The position numbers and the translations under genes were made by a program. The notes beneath the pieces are model-generated. The model was not told the origin of the DNA and made no database searches. It saw only the letters and a list, made by a program, of their open reading frames with translations. 33,450 bases of DNA from Actinomycetota bacterium (lineage in GTDB: Bacteria > Actinomycetota > CALGFH01): NCBI GenBank assembly GCA_035550755.1, contig DASZON010000119.1, forward strand, positions 1 to 33,450, written 5' to 3'. Every line of letters starts with the position of its first letter. The stretch's first letter is position 1. Shown in pieces: positions 12,602-20,758 of this stretch.

Positions 12602-12686
12602 GTCGGAGTGGCGGAATAGGCAGACGCGCTAGGTTGAGGGCCTAGTGCCCTCATAGGGCGTGGGGGTTCAAGTCCCCCCTCCGACA
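12602..12686 (+). tRNA. tRNA-Leu (anticodon GAG), class II with long variable arm
   Basis: Hand-folded. Acceptor GTCGGAG/CTCCGAC. Anticodon stem CTAGG/CCTAG with loop TTGAGGG (anticodon GAG). Long variable arm. T-arm GGGGG-TTCAAGT-CCCCC. Discriminator A. CCA is not encoded. Confidence 0.9.
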
Positions 12687-12706
12687 CCCTTCTGACTTCG
12701 ACCCAC

Positions 12707-12733
12707 CGCCGGCCACGGCCGTGCCGGCCGGCG
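12707..12733 (+). terminator. GC-only stem-loop downstream of tRNA-Leu (possible terminator or processing structure)
   Basis: 8-bp all-GC stem (cgccggcc / ggccggcg) around an 11-nt loop that itself contains the palindrome ACGGCCGT. There is no T-tract, so it is not a canonical intrinsic terminator. Confidence 0.25.
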
Positions 12734-12769
12734 ACGCTGGCGTGACGCTGGGGGGGCAGGATCGCCGGC

Positions 12770-13381
12770 ATGGCCGGGTACCGCGCTCTTGCCGCCGTCG
12801 GGCGCAGCATCGTTGCGCTGCTCAACCGCGGGTTCGCCGAGGCGCTGCCGACGGGGCGGAGGCCGACCGCGGTGCTTGCCGGTACGCGCGACTTCGACCT
12901 GGTCAACTCCAGCCCGTCCGCGGTCATCCGCTATCCGGCGGTCTCGTTGTACTGCTACCGGCTGGCGGTGGACCGGGAGACGCGGCCGGGGTGGTCGGCG
13001 GTGGCAAGTCAGGACGGCCTGCCCCGCTTGCCGCTGCGGATGCACCTGCTGCTGACCGCCTGGGACGAGTTCGCCGAGAGCGAGCTGGAGTGGATCGGGC
13101 TGGCCGCCCGGATCCTGGAGACGACCAGCGTGCTCAGCGGGCCGCTGCTCGACCCCAGCGGCGACTGGGGCGCTGGTGACACCGTCCAGCTCGTCACCGA
13201 CGAGATCGCCCTTGACGCCATGAGCGAGGCGTTCCAGGCCCTGACCGCGGACTACCGCCTCTGCCTGCCCTATGTGGCCCGCGTGGTCGTCCTGGACGGT
13301 GTCGGGCTGCCCGGTGGGGAGCGCGTCACCACGGTGGCGGGCGACCTCGGGCCCAATGTCGCCGCGGTGACGCCACCATGA
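12770..13381 (+). CDS. DUF4255 (Pvc16/Afp16 N-terminal domain) protein; CIS tail terminator/cap-like
   Basis: The pattern PAVSLYCYRLAVDRETR...LPLRMHLLLTAWDEFAESELEWIGLAARILE matches the family hallmark (V.LYLY.I..D...R ... L.YL.TAW ... E..LL). It is the first gene of the CIS operon, as in many actinobacterial loci. Confidence 0.75.
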   Translation: MAGYRALAAVGRSIVALLNRGFAEALPTGRRPTAVLAGTRDFDLVNSSPSAVIRYPAVSLYCYRLAVDRETRPGWSAVASQDGLPRLPLRMHLLLTAWDEFAESELEWIGLAARILETTSVLSGPLLDPSGDWGAGDTVQLVTDEIALDAMSEAFQALTADYRLCLPYVARVVVLDGVGLPGGERVTTVAGDLGPNVAAVTPP

Positions 13382-14238
13382 CCGCCGAGCGGATCGAGGT
13401 GGAGGCCGGCCCGGTGTCGGTGTGGCATCGGCTGGCGCTGGGCGTGCGCTGCCTCGACGCGCGCACGGGGGCGCCGGTCCCGGTGCCGGTGCTGGTGCGA
13501 CGCGAGCTCGGCGGTCCCTCACTGTCGCTGGAGCCGCTGGTCAGGACCGGGACCGGTTGTACGCTCCGCTACGGCGCGTCGGTCGGCTCCCGGGTGGTCC
13601 TGCGGATCGAGGACCCGCGGCGCCGGTGGCTGCCGCGGCGGCTGGCCGTGCGGCCCCCGGCCCGCGGGCGGGCCGAGGCCTCAGAGGCGATCCCGCCCGG
13701 GGTCTACCTCGGCGCCGCCGACCGCACCGTCGAGGCGTGGCTGTACCCAGGCCCCGCCTACCCGCTCCCGGCCGGCAGCACCGGCGCCCGGCTGCGGGTG
13801 CTGCGGCGGGGAGCGCCCGTCGCCTGGCCACGACTGGAGGTCTTCGAGCCCGGCGGGGTCCCGGCGGGCTGGGCGCACGGGGACGAGCACGGCGACGTTC
13901 TGGTGCTCACTTCGACCACCGGCACGATCCCGCCACCGGCCCCCGCTACCTTCCCGGTGGTCGTCCGGGTGCACCACCCCGACCCGGCCCGGCCCACCGG
14001 CCAGGGGCCGCCCGACCCCTTCCAGGTCCCGGACACGCCCGAGGCGCCGCGACCCGGCGACCGGCTGAGCACGCTGGTGGCCGAACGGGTCACGCCCCCG
14101 GCGGGGCCGACCCTCCCCGAGGGCCTCGACCTGGACGCCGCCCACGGCACCGGTGTCCCGCCGGGCTACGTCACCGCCGCCGACGTCGTCGTCCCCCTGA
14201 CCACCGGACAGGTGCTCACCGTCCCCGTCTCCGTCTGA
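13378..14238 (+). CDS. Hypothetical CIS-associated protein (beta-rich, Pro-rich C-terminal half)
   Basis: ATGA overlap with the DUF4255 gene stop. High GC3. No motif recognised beyond CarboxypepD_reg-like strings (LDARTGAPVPVPVLV). Confidence 0.55.
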   Translation: MTAERIEVEAGPVSVWHRLALGVRCLDARTGAPVPVPVLVRRELGGPSLSLEPLVRTGTGCTLRYGASVGSRVVLRIEDPRRRWLPRRLAVRPPARGRAEASEAIPPGVYLGAADRTVEAWLYPGPAYPLPAGSTGARLRVLRRGAPVAWPRLEVFEPGGVPAGWAHGDEHGDVLVLTSTTGTIPPPAPATFPVVVRVHHPDPARPTGQGPPDPFQVPDTPEAPRPGDRLSTLVAERVTPPAGPTLPEGLDLDAAHGTGVPPGYVTAADVVVPLTTGQVLTVPVSV

Positions 14239-14263
14239 GCCGCGACCAGGAGGTCCGAGCCCC

Positions 14264-16165
14264 ATGCCCGAGTACCTGACCCCAGGCGTCTACGTGGAGG
14301 AGACCAGCTTCCGCGCCCGCTCCATCGAAGGCGTCCCGACGAGCACGTTCGGCATGGCCGGCCGGGCACAGTACGGTCCGGCCCCGTACTCGCTCCCCGG
14401 TCTCGGGCCCGGGGGTGGCGCCGGCGGCCCAAAGCCTCGGCCCACGTTGCTGACCAGCTACACCGAGTACGAGCGGGCATTCGGCGGGCTCACCATCGAC
14501 AGCGAGCCGTGCTGGCTGGCGTTCGCCGCCCGGGCGTTCTTCAGCAACGGCGGACGGCGGCTCTACGTCTCCCGGGTGGTCGACCTGACGATGACCGCCG
14601 GGCCACCGCCGGCGGTCGACGTCGACGCCAACTTCGCCTCGCTGCCGGTCCCGCCCCCGGCGCCGGGTGGCGGGGCCGCCCCCGCGCCGCCGCTGCGCTT
14701 CCGCGCCCGCTGGCCCGGCTCGGTCGCCCGCACCATCCGCGTGCAGGTCAGCCTGCGCCGCAGCAAGAACCGGCTGATCAACGGCGTGCTGACCGGGGTC
14801 CGGCCCGGGGCCGCGGTCGAGGTCCTGCCCCTGCCGGCGGCCGGAACGCCCTTCACGCCGCCCCCCGACACCCAGGACCCCGACCCCGCCACGATCCAGG
14901 TGGTGGCCCGCAACGACCAGGGCGAGTACGGCTACCGCACCGCCGCCGGCGGGTTCCAGGCGGTCGATCCCGCCACCGCCGCCGTGCACCTGGTCCTGGC
15001 GGTGTCGGTGTCGATGGGCGAGGACCGGGTCGACGCCTACAACGAGCTCGAGCTCGACGAGGCGCACCCCCGGTCCATCTTCACCGTCCTGCAGCTGGAC
15101 GACCCACCCGACGAGTTCTCCCTGGTCTGGCTGGACCGGGAGCCGGTGGCGGCCGGGCAGCCCGCCCCGACCCCAGGGGCGCTGGTGGTGGCGCTGCTGT
15201 CGCTGCGGGACGGCGCCTACCTCACCGGCGGTGGGGACGGGGTCACCCCCGGCCCCGACCGGCTCATCGGCGAGAAGGCCGACCCGGACAACCTGGAACG
15301 GCCGGCCACCGGCCTGTGGGCCCTGGGTGAGCAGGACGACGTCGCCATCACCGGGCTGCCCGACGTGGTGGACCTCTCGGAGGCCGAGCAGAAGACGGCC
15401 GTCGACGGCCTGCTCCAGCACTGCACCGAGCTGCGCTACCGGATGGCTGTGGTCGACTCGCCGCGCGACAGCTCGATCGCCGAGGTCCGCCGGTTCCGCG
15501 CCCAGTTCGACAGCACCTACGGCGCGCTCTACTACCCCTGGCTGCGCATCATCGACCCGACCCGCCGGCCCGACCCGGGCGGCCCGCCGGCCACCATCGA
15601 CGTGCCGCCGCTCGGCTATGTCGCCGGCATCTACGCCCGCACCGACGTGCAGCGGGGCGTGCACAAGGCGCCCGCCAACGAGGTCGTCCTGGGCATGGAC
15701 CGGTTCGCCACCAACGTCACCTTCGACCGCCAGTCGGTGCTGAACCCGGAGGGCGTGAACGCGCTGCGGTTCTTCGAGGGCCGGGCCAACCGCGTCTGGG
15801 GTGCCCGCACCATGAGCTCGGACCCGGAGTGGAAGTACGTCAACGTCCGGCGGCTGTTCATCTTCCTCGAGCATTCGATCGACAAGTCCACCCAGTGGGC
15901 GGTGTTCGAGCCGAACAACGAGCGGCTCTGGGCCTCCATCAAGCAGACGATCGAGGACTTCCTGCTCACCGTCTGGCGCACCGGCGCGCTGATGGGCACC
16001 CGGCCCGAGGAGGCCTACTTCGTCCGCTGCGACCGCACCACCATGACCCAGAATGACCTCGACAACGGGCGGCTCATCTGCCTCATCGGGGTCGCCCCGA
16101 CCTACCCGGCGGAGTTCGTCATCTTCCGCATCGGCCAGTGGACGGCCGACGCCCGCCAGAGCTGA
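14264..16165 (+). CDS. Contractile sheath protein (phage tail sheath family; Afp2-4/Cis2-like)
   Basis: N-terminus MPEYLTPGVYVEE. C-terminal sheath domain (YGALYYPWLRI, GVHKAPAN, NALRFFEGRANRVWGARTMS, RRLFIFLEHSI, EPNNERLW). AGGAGG Shine-Dalgarno. Confidence 0.92.
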   Translation: MPEYLTPGVYVEETSFRARSIEGVPTSTFGMAGRAQYGPAPYSLPGLGPGGGAGGPKPRPTLLTSYTEYERAFGGLTIDSEPCWLAFAARAFFSNGGRRLYVSRVVDLTMTAGPPPAVDVDANFASLPVPPPAPGGGAAPAPPLRFRARWPGSVARTIRVQVSLRRSKNRLINGVLTGVRPGAAVEVLPLPAAGTPFTPPPDTQDPDPATIQVVARNDQGEYGYRTAAGGFQAVDPATAAVHLVLAVSVSMGEDRVDAYNELELDEAHPRSIFTVLQLDDPPDEFSLVWLDREPVAAGQPAPTPGALVVALLSLRDGAYLTGGGDGVTPGPDRLIGEKADPDNLERPATGLWALGEQDDVAITGLPDVVDLSEAEQKTAVDGLLQHCTELRYRMAVVDSPRDSSIAEVRRFRAQFDSTYGALYYPWLRIIDPTRRPDPGGPPATIDVPPLGYVAGIYARTDVQRGVHKAPANEVVLGMDRFATNVTFDRQSVLNPEGVNALRFFEGRANRVWGARTMSSDPEWKYVNVRRLFIFLEHSIDKSTQWAVFEPNNERLWASIKQTIEDFLLTVWRTGALMGTRPEEAYFVRCDRTTMTQNDLDNGRLICLIGVAPTYPAEFVIFRIGQWTADARQS

Positions 16166-16175
16166 GAGGTGACCC

Positions 16176-16631
16176 GTGGCCGTACGCGACAACCCCTATG
16201 GTGCCTTCAACTTCATGGTCAAGCTCGGCGACGTCGGGGGCGAGGACCAGATCGCCGGCGGCTTCTCGGACTTCTCCGGCGCCGGCAACGAGGTCAAGTA
16301 CTCCGAGTACCGCAACGGCAACGACGCGGAGAACCACGTCCGCAAGGTGGCCAACACCAACACCACCGACGACGTCACCCTCAAGCGCGGCATCATCGGC
16401 GACCTGCGGCTGTTCGACTGGATCAAGGCGACCCGGGAGGGGCGGTTCGAGCCCCGGACCGTGACCGTCACCCTGCTCGACGAGGCCCGCAACGACGTCT
16501 GCGCCTGGGTCCTGCGCGCCGCCCAGCCGAAGAAGTGGGTCGGGCCGACGCTGGCCGCCAAGGGTGGCGGCGACGTGGTGATGGAGGAGCTGCACCTGGT
16601 CGCCGAGCGGATCGACTTCCTCTCGCTGTGA
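16176..16631 (+). CDS. CIS inner tube protein (T4 gp19-like; Afp1/Cis1-like)
   Basis: 151 aa. NPYGAFNFMVKLG...FSDFSGAGNEVKYSEYRNGND...VTLKRGI...LFDWI is typical of the phage tail tube family. Confidence 0.9.
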   Translation: MAVRDNPYGAFNFMVKLGDVGGEDQIAGGFSDFSGAGNEVKYSEYRNGNDAENHVRKVANTNTTDDVTLKRGIIGDLRLFDWIKATREGRFEPRTVTVTLLDEARNDVCAWVLRAAQPKKWVGPTLAAKGGGDVVMEELHLVAERIDFLSL

Positions 16632-16644
16632 GCGGCGGCCGCTG

Positions 16645-18687
16645 ATGGCCTACGGGACGGCGGGCATCCAGCTGGGCGCCCCGGGTGTGTACCGGGCGGC
16701 GGTGACGGCCGCCCCCGGCTTCGAGCCGGTGCGGCTGGACGTCACCGGCTTCGTCGGGGTGGCGCCTCGGGGCCCGGTCGACCAGCCGGTCCTGGTGGAG
16801 AGCTGGACGCAGTACCGCTGGCGGTTCGGGGGCGCGGTCGGCCCCGGCCTGCTCGGGCTGGCCGTCCAGTCCTTCTTCGCCCAGGGCGGGGAGCGGGCCG
16901 TGGTGGTCCGGGTGGCCCCGCGTCCGGCGGCGGGCCCGGCGGCCGGACCGGACGATGGCAAGGCCAGGCTCCGGCTGATCCCGGCCGGGGCCGGGGCCGC
17001 GGCCGCCCCGGCCGGTGGCCCGGGCCGGCACGGAGCCGGACCGGTGCTCGAGCTGCTGGCCCGCGACCCGGGGGCGTGGGGGGACGGGCTGCGGGTGGCG
17101 CTGGGCTTCGACGTCTCCGGTCACCTGGTGGTGCCTCCCGTCCCCGGCGGCGCGGGCCAGCTGCTGGAGCTGCCGGCGTCCGGGGGGCCGCCTCCCGGTA
17201 GCCTGCTGCGGGTGCGCGGCCGCGGGCTGCCGGCCGCCGGCGCCTTTCGCTGGCTCGAGGAGGTCCGGGTCCAAGACCGTGACGGCGTCCGCCGGCCGGT
17301 GGCCGTCCTCAGCGACCCGGTGCCCGACCCGGGCCAGCCGGTGGAGCTCGACGTCGTCACCGGCACGGTCACGGTCGCCGACCAGGCCACCGACCTGCCC
17401 CGCGAGGAGGTGTTCGCCGGGCTGGGCCTGCGCGACGACCACCCCCTAGCCCTGCGCCGCGGGCTGGCCGAGGGCTCGCTGCTGGTGGAGCCGGGGCCGT
17501 CCTTCCCGGCGGCCCTCACGCCGCCCGACGTCCTGCTCACCGGCCTGGTCTCGGAGCTGGCGGCGCCCGGTGCCGACCGCTACGAGCAGGTGGGGCCGGA
17601 CAGCTTCTTCGGCCGGGACGACGTCCAGCTGCTGCCGGTCGGCGGCGAGGAGCCGGTGGAGGAGGGGCCACCGTTCGTCGGGGTGGACCGGATGTCGCTG
17701 GTCCCGTCGATCGGCCTGCTGTGCGTCCCGGACCTGCTGTGGAGCGCGACGGTGGCGGCCGAGCCGGCGGTGGTCCGGTTCCCGGCCCCGGCACCCGGCC
17801 CACGGTTCGCGCCCTGCCCGGCCGAGCCGGTGGAGCAGGCCCACCAGCTGCCCGCCCCCCAGGCGGTGCTGCTCGACGGCGGCACCGAGCTGGACGAGAT
17901 CCTGCGGCGCCAGCAGCGGGTGCTGGCCCTGGCCGAGCGCCAGCGGCGCTTCGTGGCCCTGCTCGACGTCCCCATGGGGCTGCCGCTGCGGACCGTGGCC
18001 CGCTGGCGGGCCCAGCTGGACAGCTCCTATGCCGCCGCCTACCACCCCTGGCTCGGGGTCGCCCCGACCGACGCAGCCGACCTCGCCAACCTGCCTCCCG
18101 GCACCGGCGTGCGGCTGCTACCGCCCTCGGCGGCCGCCGCCGGCGTGATCGCCGAGCGGGAGCGCAGCCTCGGCCTGCCCTGGGGGCCGGCCAACACCGT
18201 CGCCGTCGGGGCGGTGTCCGCGGCCGACCCGGTCGCCGACGCCGACGCCGACGCCCTGCACCAGCTCGATGTCAACGTCTTCCGCCCGATGACCGAAGGG
18301 TTCCGGCTGGCCGCGGCGCACACCCTGGCCCGCCGCGACCCCCAATACCGCCAGCTCACCGTGCGGCGGCTGATGACCATGCTGCGGCTGGTGCTGGACC
18401 GCCAGGCGCGGTGGCTGGCCTTCGAGCCGAACGACGAGCGGCTGCGCACCCTGCTGCGGGCCGGGATCGTGCAGCTGCTGCGGGACCTGTTCCGGGCCGG
18501 GGCGTTCCAGGGTGGCTCCGAGGAGGAGGCGTTCTTCGTGCAATGCGACGACGCCCTCAACCCCCCCTACTCCCAGGGACTGGGCCGGCTGGTGGCCGAG
18601 ATCGGGGTCGCGCCCTCGACCCCCCTCGAGTACCTGGTGCTGCGGATCGCCCGGCGCACCGACACGGGCCTGACGGTGGAGGGCTGA
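16645..18687 (+). CDS. Second sheath-family protein (divergent paralog)
   Basis: N-terminus APGVYRAAV. C-terminal sheath core (SSYAAAYHPWLGV, LPWGPANT, LDVNVFRP, RRLMTMLRLVLDRQARWLAFEPNDERL, FFVQCDD). Contains Ala/Gly/Pro-rich insertions. Confidence 0.82.
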   Translation: MAYGTAGIQLGAPGVYRAAVTAAPGFEPVRLDVTGFVGVAPRGPVDQPVLVESWTQYRWRFGGAVGPGLLGLAVQSFFAQGGERAVVVRVAPRPAAGPAAGPDDGKARLRLIPAGAGAAAAPAGGPGRHGAGPVLELLARDPGAWGDGLRVALGFDVSGHLVVPPVPGGAGQLLELPASGGPPPGSLLRVRGRGLPAAGAFRWLEEVRVQDRDGVRRPVAVLSDPVPDPGQPVELDVVTGTVTVADQATDLPREEVFAGLGLRDDHPLALRRGLAEGSLLVEPGPSFPAALTPPDVLLTGLVSELAAPGADRYEQVGPDSFFGRDDVQLLPVGGEEPVEEGPPFVGVDRMSLVPSIGLLCVPDLLWSATVAAEPAVVRFPAPAPGPRFAPCPAEPVEQAHQLPAPQAVLLDGGTELDEILRRQQRVLALAERQRRFVALLDVPMGLPLRTVARWRAQLDSSYAAAYHPWLGVAPTDAADLANLPPGTGVRLLPPSAAAAGVIAERERSLGLPWGPANTVAVGAVSAADPVADADADALHQLDVNVFRPMTEGFRLAAAHTLARRDPQYRQLTVRRLMTMLRLVLDRQARWLAFEPNDERLRTLLRAGIVQLLRDLFRAGAFQGGSEEEAFFVQCDDALNPPYSQGLGRLVAEIGVAPSTPLEYLVLRIARRTDTGLTVEG

Positions 18688-18690
18688 GCG

Positions 18691-19392
18691 GTGAGCGAGC
18701 TGGCCGAGCTGGTGCAGACCTTCCGCTTCGCCGTCTGGCTGACCCGTACCACCTCGCCCGGGCCGACGCTGTCGTCACCACCGTCCCGGACCGGGGGGGC
18801 GGCACCGGCGCCGGCCACCGGCGAGGGCCGCCGGGCCGCCGGTCCGCCGGCCGCCGGCGCCCGGGGGACGGCGCCGCTGGGCGCGGCCGGGGGCCAGCCG
18901 GCCGCGGACGTGCTCGGCCACGGCGCCTTCGCAGAGTGCCAGGGGCTGGAGCTGGAGGCCGACATCAAGGACCTGGCCGAGGGCGGCGCCAACGACGCCC
19001 TGGTCCGCCGGGCCGGGCGGGTCAAGCTGGTCCCGCTCGTGCTCCGGCGGGGCATGCTGGTGGTCGGCGCCGACCCACCGGGCACGGCACCGGGCGCCTC
19101 GGGCCCGCCCGGGAGCGCCGGGCCGGGGCCAGCCGGAGGGCGTGGCGCCGCCGACACCGCGCTCTGGGACTGGCTGCAGGGGATGGTCGCCGGGCAGGTG
19201 CCGGTGCCCAGGTACGACGGCACGGTGGAGGTCCGGGACCCCGGGGACCAGCGCGTGGTCGCCCGCTGGGTGTTCACCCGCGGCCTGCCGCTGAAGGTCA
19301 CCGGCCCCCAGCTCGACGCCAAGACCGGTGAGATCGCCCTCGAGTCGCTGACCATCGCCCACGAGGGCCTGCGGATGGAGGCCGTGTCGTGA
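18691..19392 (+). CDS. Second tube-family protein (Afp5-like) with low-complexity insertions
   Basis: Tube-like core: QTFRFAVWL ... FAECQGLELEADIKDLAEGGANDALVRRAGRVKLVPLVLRRGM ... LWDWL ... ARWVFTRGLPLKVTGPQLDAKTGEIALESLTIAHEGL. It is interrupted by two Pro/Gly/Ala-rich tracts. GTG start with GGAGGG Shine-Dalgarno. Confidence 0.75.
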   Translation: MSELAELVQTFRFAVWLTRTTSPGPTLSSPPSRTGGAAPAPATGEGRRAAGPPAAGARGTAPLGAAGGQPAADVLGHGAFAECQGLELEADIKDLAEGGANDALVRRAGRVKLVPLVLRRGMLVVGADPPGTAPGASGPPGSAGPGPAGGRGAADTALWDWLQGMVAGQVPVPRYDGTVEVRDPGDQRVVARWVFTRGLPLKVTGPQLDAKTGEIALESLTIAHEGLRMEAVS

Positions 19393-20597
19393 CCACCCTG
19401 GCCCGCGCGACCCTGCAGCGGCTGATCACCGACGCCCGCGGCGGGGCCGGCAACGGCCGCATCCCCGACGGCGACCCGGTCTCGGTGCAGTTCAACCCGG
19501 CGACCCTGCGGCTGAGTCGCCGCAACAACGTCGACCGGACCGGCGTCACCACCGGCAGCCAGAAGCGGCACCAGCCGGCGCCCGAGGCGGCGACCCTCGC
19601 CTTCGACCTGGAGTTCGACACCACCGAGCAGGGCCAGCCGGGCCAGTGGGTCGACGTGCGCCGCTGGACGGCGCTGGTCCGCCAGTTCGTGGAGCCGACC
19701 ACCCAGGCGCCGGAGGCGGCCCCGCCGGCGGTCCGGTTCGCCTGGGGCACGCTGGTCTTCGACGGCATCATCGACCAGGTCACCGAGGAGCTGGACCACT
19801 TCGCCCCCGACGGGACGCCGCTGCGGGCCAAGATCGCCGTCAGCATCGCCGAGCAGAACCCGGACTTCGAGACGGGCAAGGTGGGGCCGGCGGCACGCAA
19901 GGCTCCGCCCACGCCGCGGCAGACCCCGACCGGGACGCCGCCCCCGGGGCGCGGCCCCGGCGAGTCCGGCACCCGCCGCACCGACCGGGTGGTCCCGGCC
20001 CGGGCCGGCGAGAGCGCGCAGCAGCTCCTCACCCGGCTCGGGATTGACCCCTCGGGATGGCGGGCGGCGATGACCGGACTCCCGACGCCGCTGACCCTGG
20101 CCGCCGGCACGGCCGTCCAGCTCGGCCCGGAGGTGCTCGGCGGCGGCCCGGTGACCCCGGCGCCGGCGGCCGGGTTCACGGCCGCCGGCGCCGTAGTCTC
20201 GCCCGAGACCCTGGCCAGCGCCCTGCAGCCGGGCGTCCCCGGAGGCGGGTTCGCGCTGGCCGCCGCCGGCGGGGTGGCCGCGGCGGCCGCGGCGGTGGAG
20301 CGAGCCCGGGCCCAGGCGTCGGCGGCCGCGGCCCGGGCCGCCTTCGGCGCCCCCGCCGGCGGCGGGCCCGCGGCCGCTCCGGCCGGGGCCGCCGCGGCTC
20401 CGACCGTCGACCCGCGGGCCGCCGGTTACGGGCGTGACGTCCCGCTGCGGCCGCGGCCGGTGCCGTCCCCGGGCGTGCCCGGGCCCGCCCGGCGGCGTCC
20501 GGTCGCCCCCGAGAGCGGCCGGCGACGCTGCGGTGACGGCTGCTCCGGCAGGTTCACGGCGGAGGCCTGCACCGATCCGGGAGGTGGGCGCCGATGA
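19389..20597 (+). CDS. Afp7/Pvc7-like tube-initiator protein with LysM-like domain
   Basis: N-terminal CIS tube-like domain (VSVQFNPATLRLSR ... LAFDLEFDT ... VRFAWGTLVFDGIIDQVTEELDHFAPDGTPLRAKIAVSI). LysM-like stretch (VVPARAGESAQQLLTRLGIDPSGWRAAMTGL...LAAGTAVQL). Ala-rich low-complexity tail. GTGA overlap with the upstream stop. Confidence 0.75.
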   Translation: MTTLARATLQRLITDARGGAGNGRIPDGDPVSVQFNPATLRLSRRNNVDRTGVTTGSQKRHQPAPEAATLAFDLEFDTTEQGQPGQWVDVRRWTALVRQFVEPTTQAPEAAPPAVRFAWGTLVFDGIIDQVTEELDHFAPDGTPLRAKIAVSIAEQNPDFETGKVGPAARKAPPTPRQTPTGTPPPGRGPGESGTRRTDRVVPARAGESAQQLLTRLGIDPSGWRAAMTGLPTPLTLAAGTAVQLGPEVLGGGPVTPAPAAGFTAAGAVVSPETLASALQPGVPGGGFALAAAGGVAAAAAAVERARAQASAAAARAAFGAPAGGGPAAAPAGAAAAPTVDPRAAGYGRDVPLRPRPVPSPGVPGPARRRPVAPESGRRRCGDGCSGRFTAEACTDPGGGRR

Positions 20598-20758
20598 GTG
20601 TGCACGTGGGTGAGCTCCGCAGCGAGGTCGTGCCCGTCGTCCCGGCGGCGGCCCCGGCAGCCAGCTCTGAGCAGGAGCAGGCCGAGCGGGTCGCCGCGGC
20701 CACCCGCCGGGCCTGCTGGCTGGCCGAGCGCGTCGCCGCCGAGGGCTTCGATGACTGA
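20594..20758 (+). CDS. Small CIS-operon ORF, 54 aa (not in ORF track)
   Basis: MSVHVGELRSEVVPVVPAAAPAASSEQEQAERVAAATRRACWLAERVAAEGFDD. The ATG overlaps the upstream TGA (ATGA at 20594-20597). GGGAGGTG Shine-Dalgarno lies 9 nt upstream. Its stop overlaps the gpD-like start by 8 nt. GC3 is high. Confidence 0.5.
   Translation: MSVHVGELRSEVVPVVPAAAPAASSEQEQAERVAAATRRACWLAERVAAEGFDD

Noticed and set aside
14216-16192. 658-aa minus-strand ORF antisense to the sheath gene
   Set aside because: The sheath-family motifs on the plus strand are decisive.
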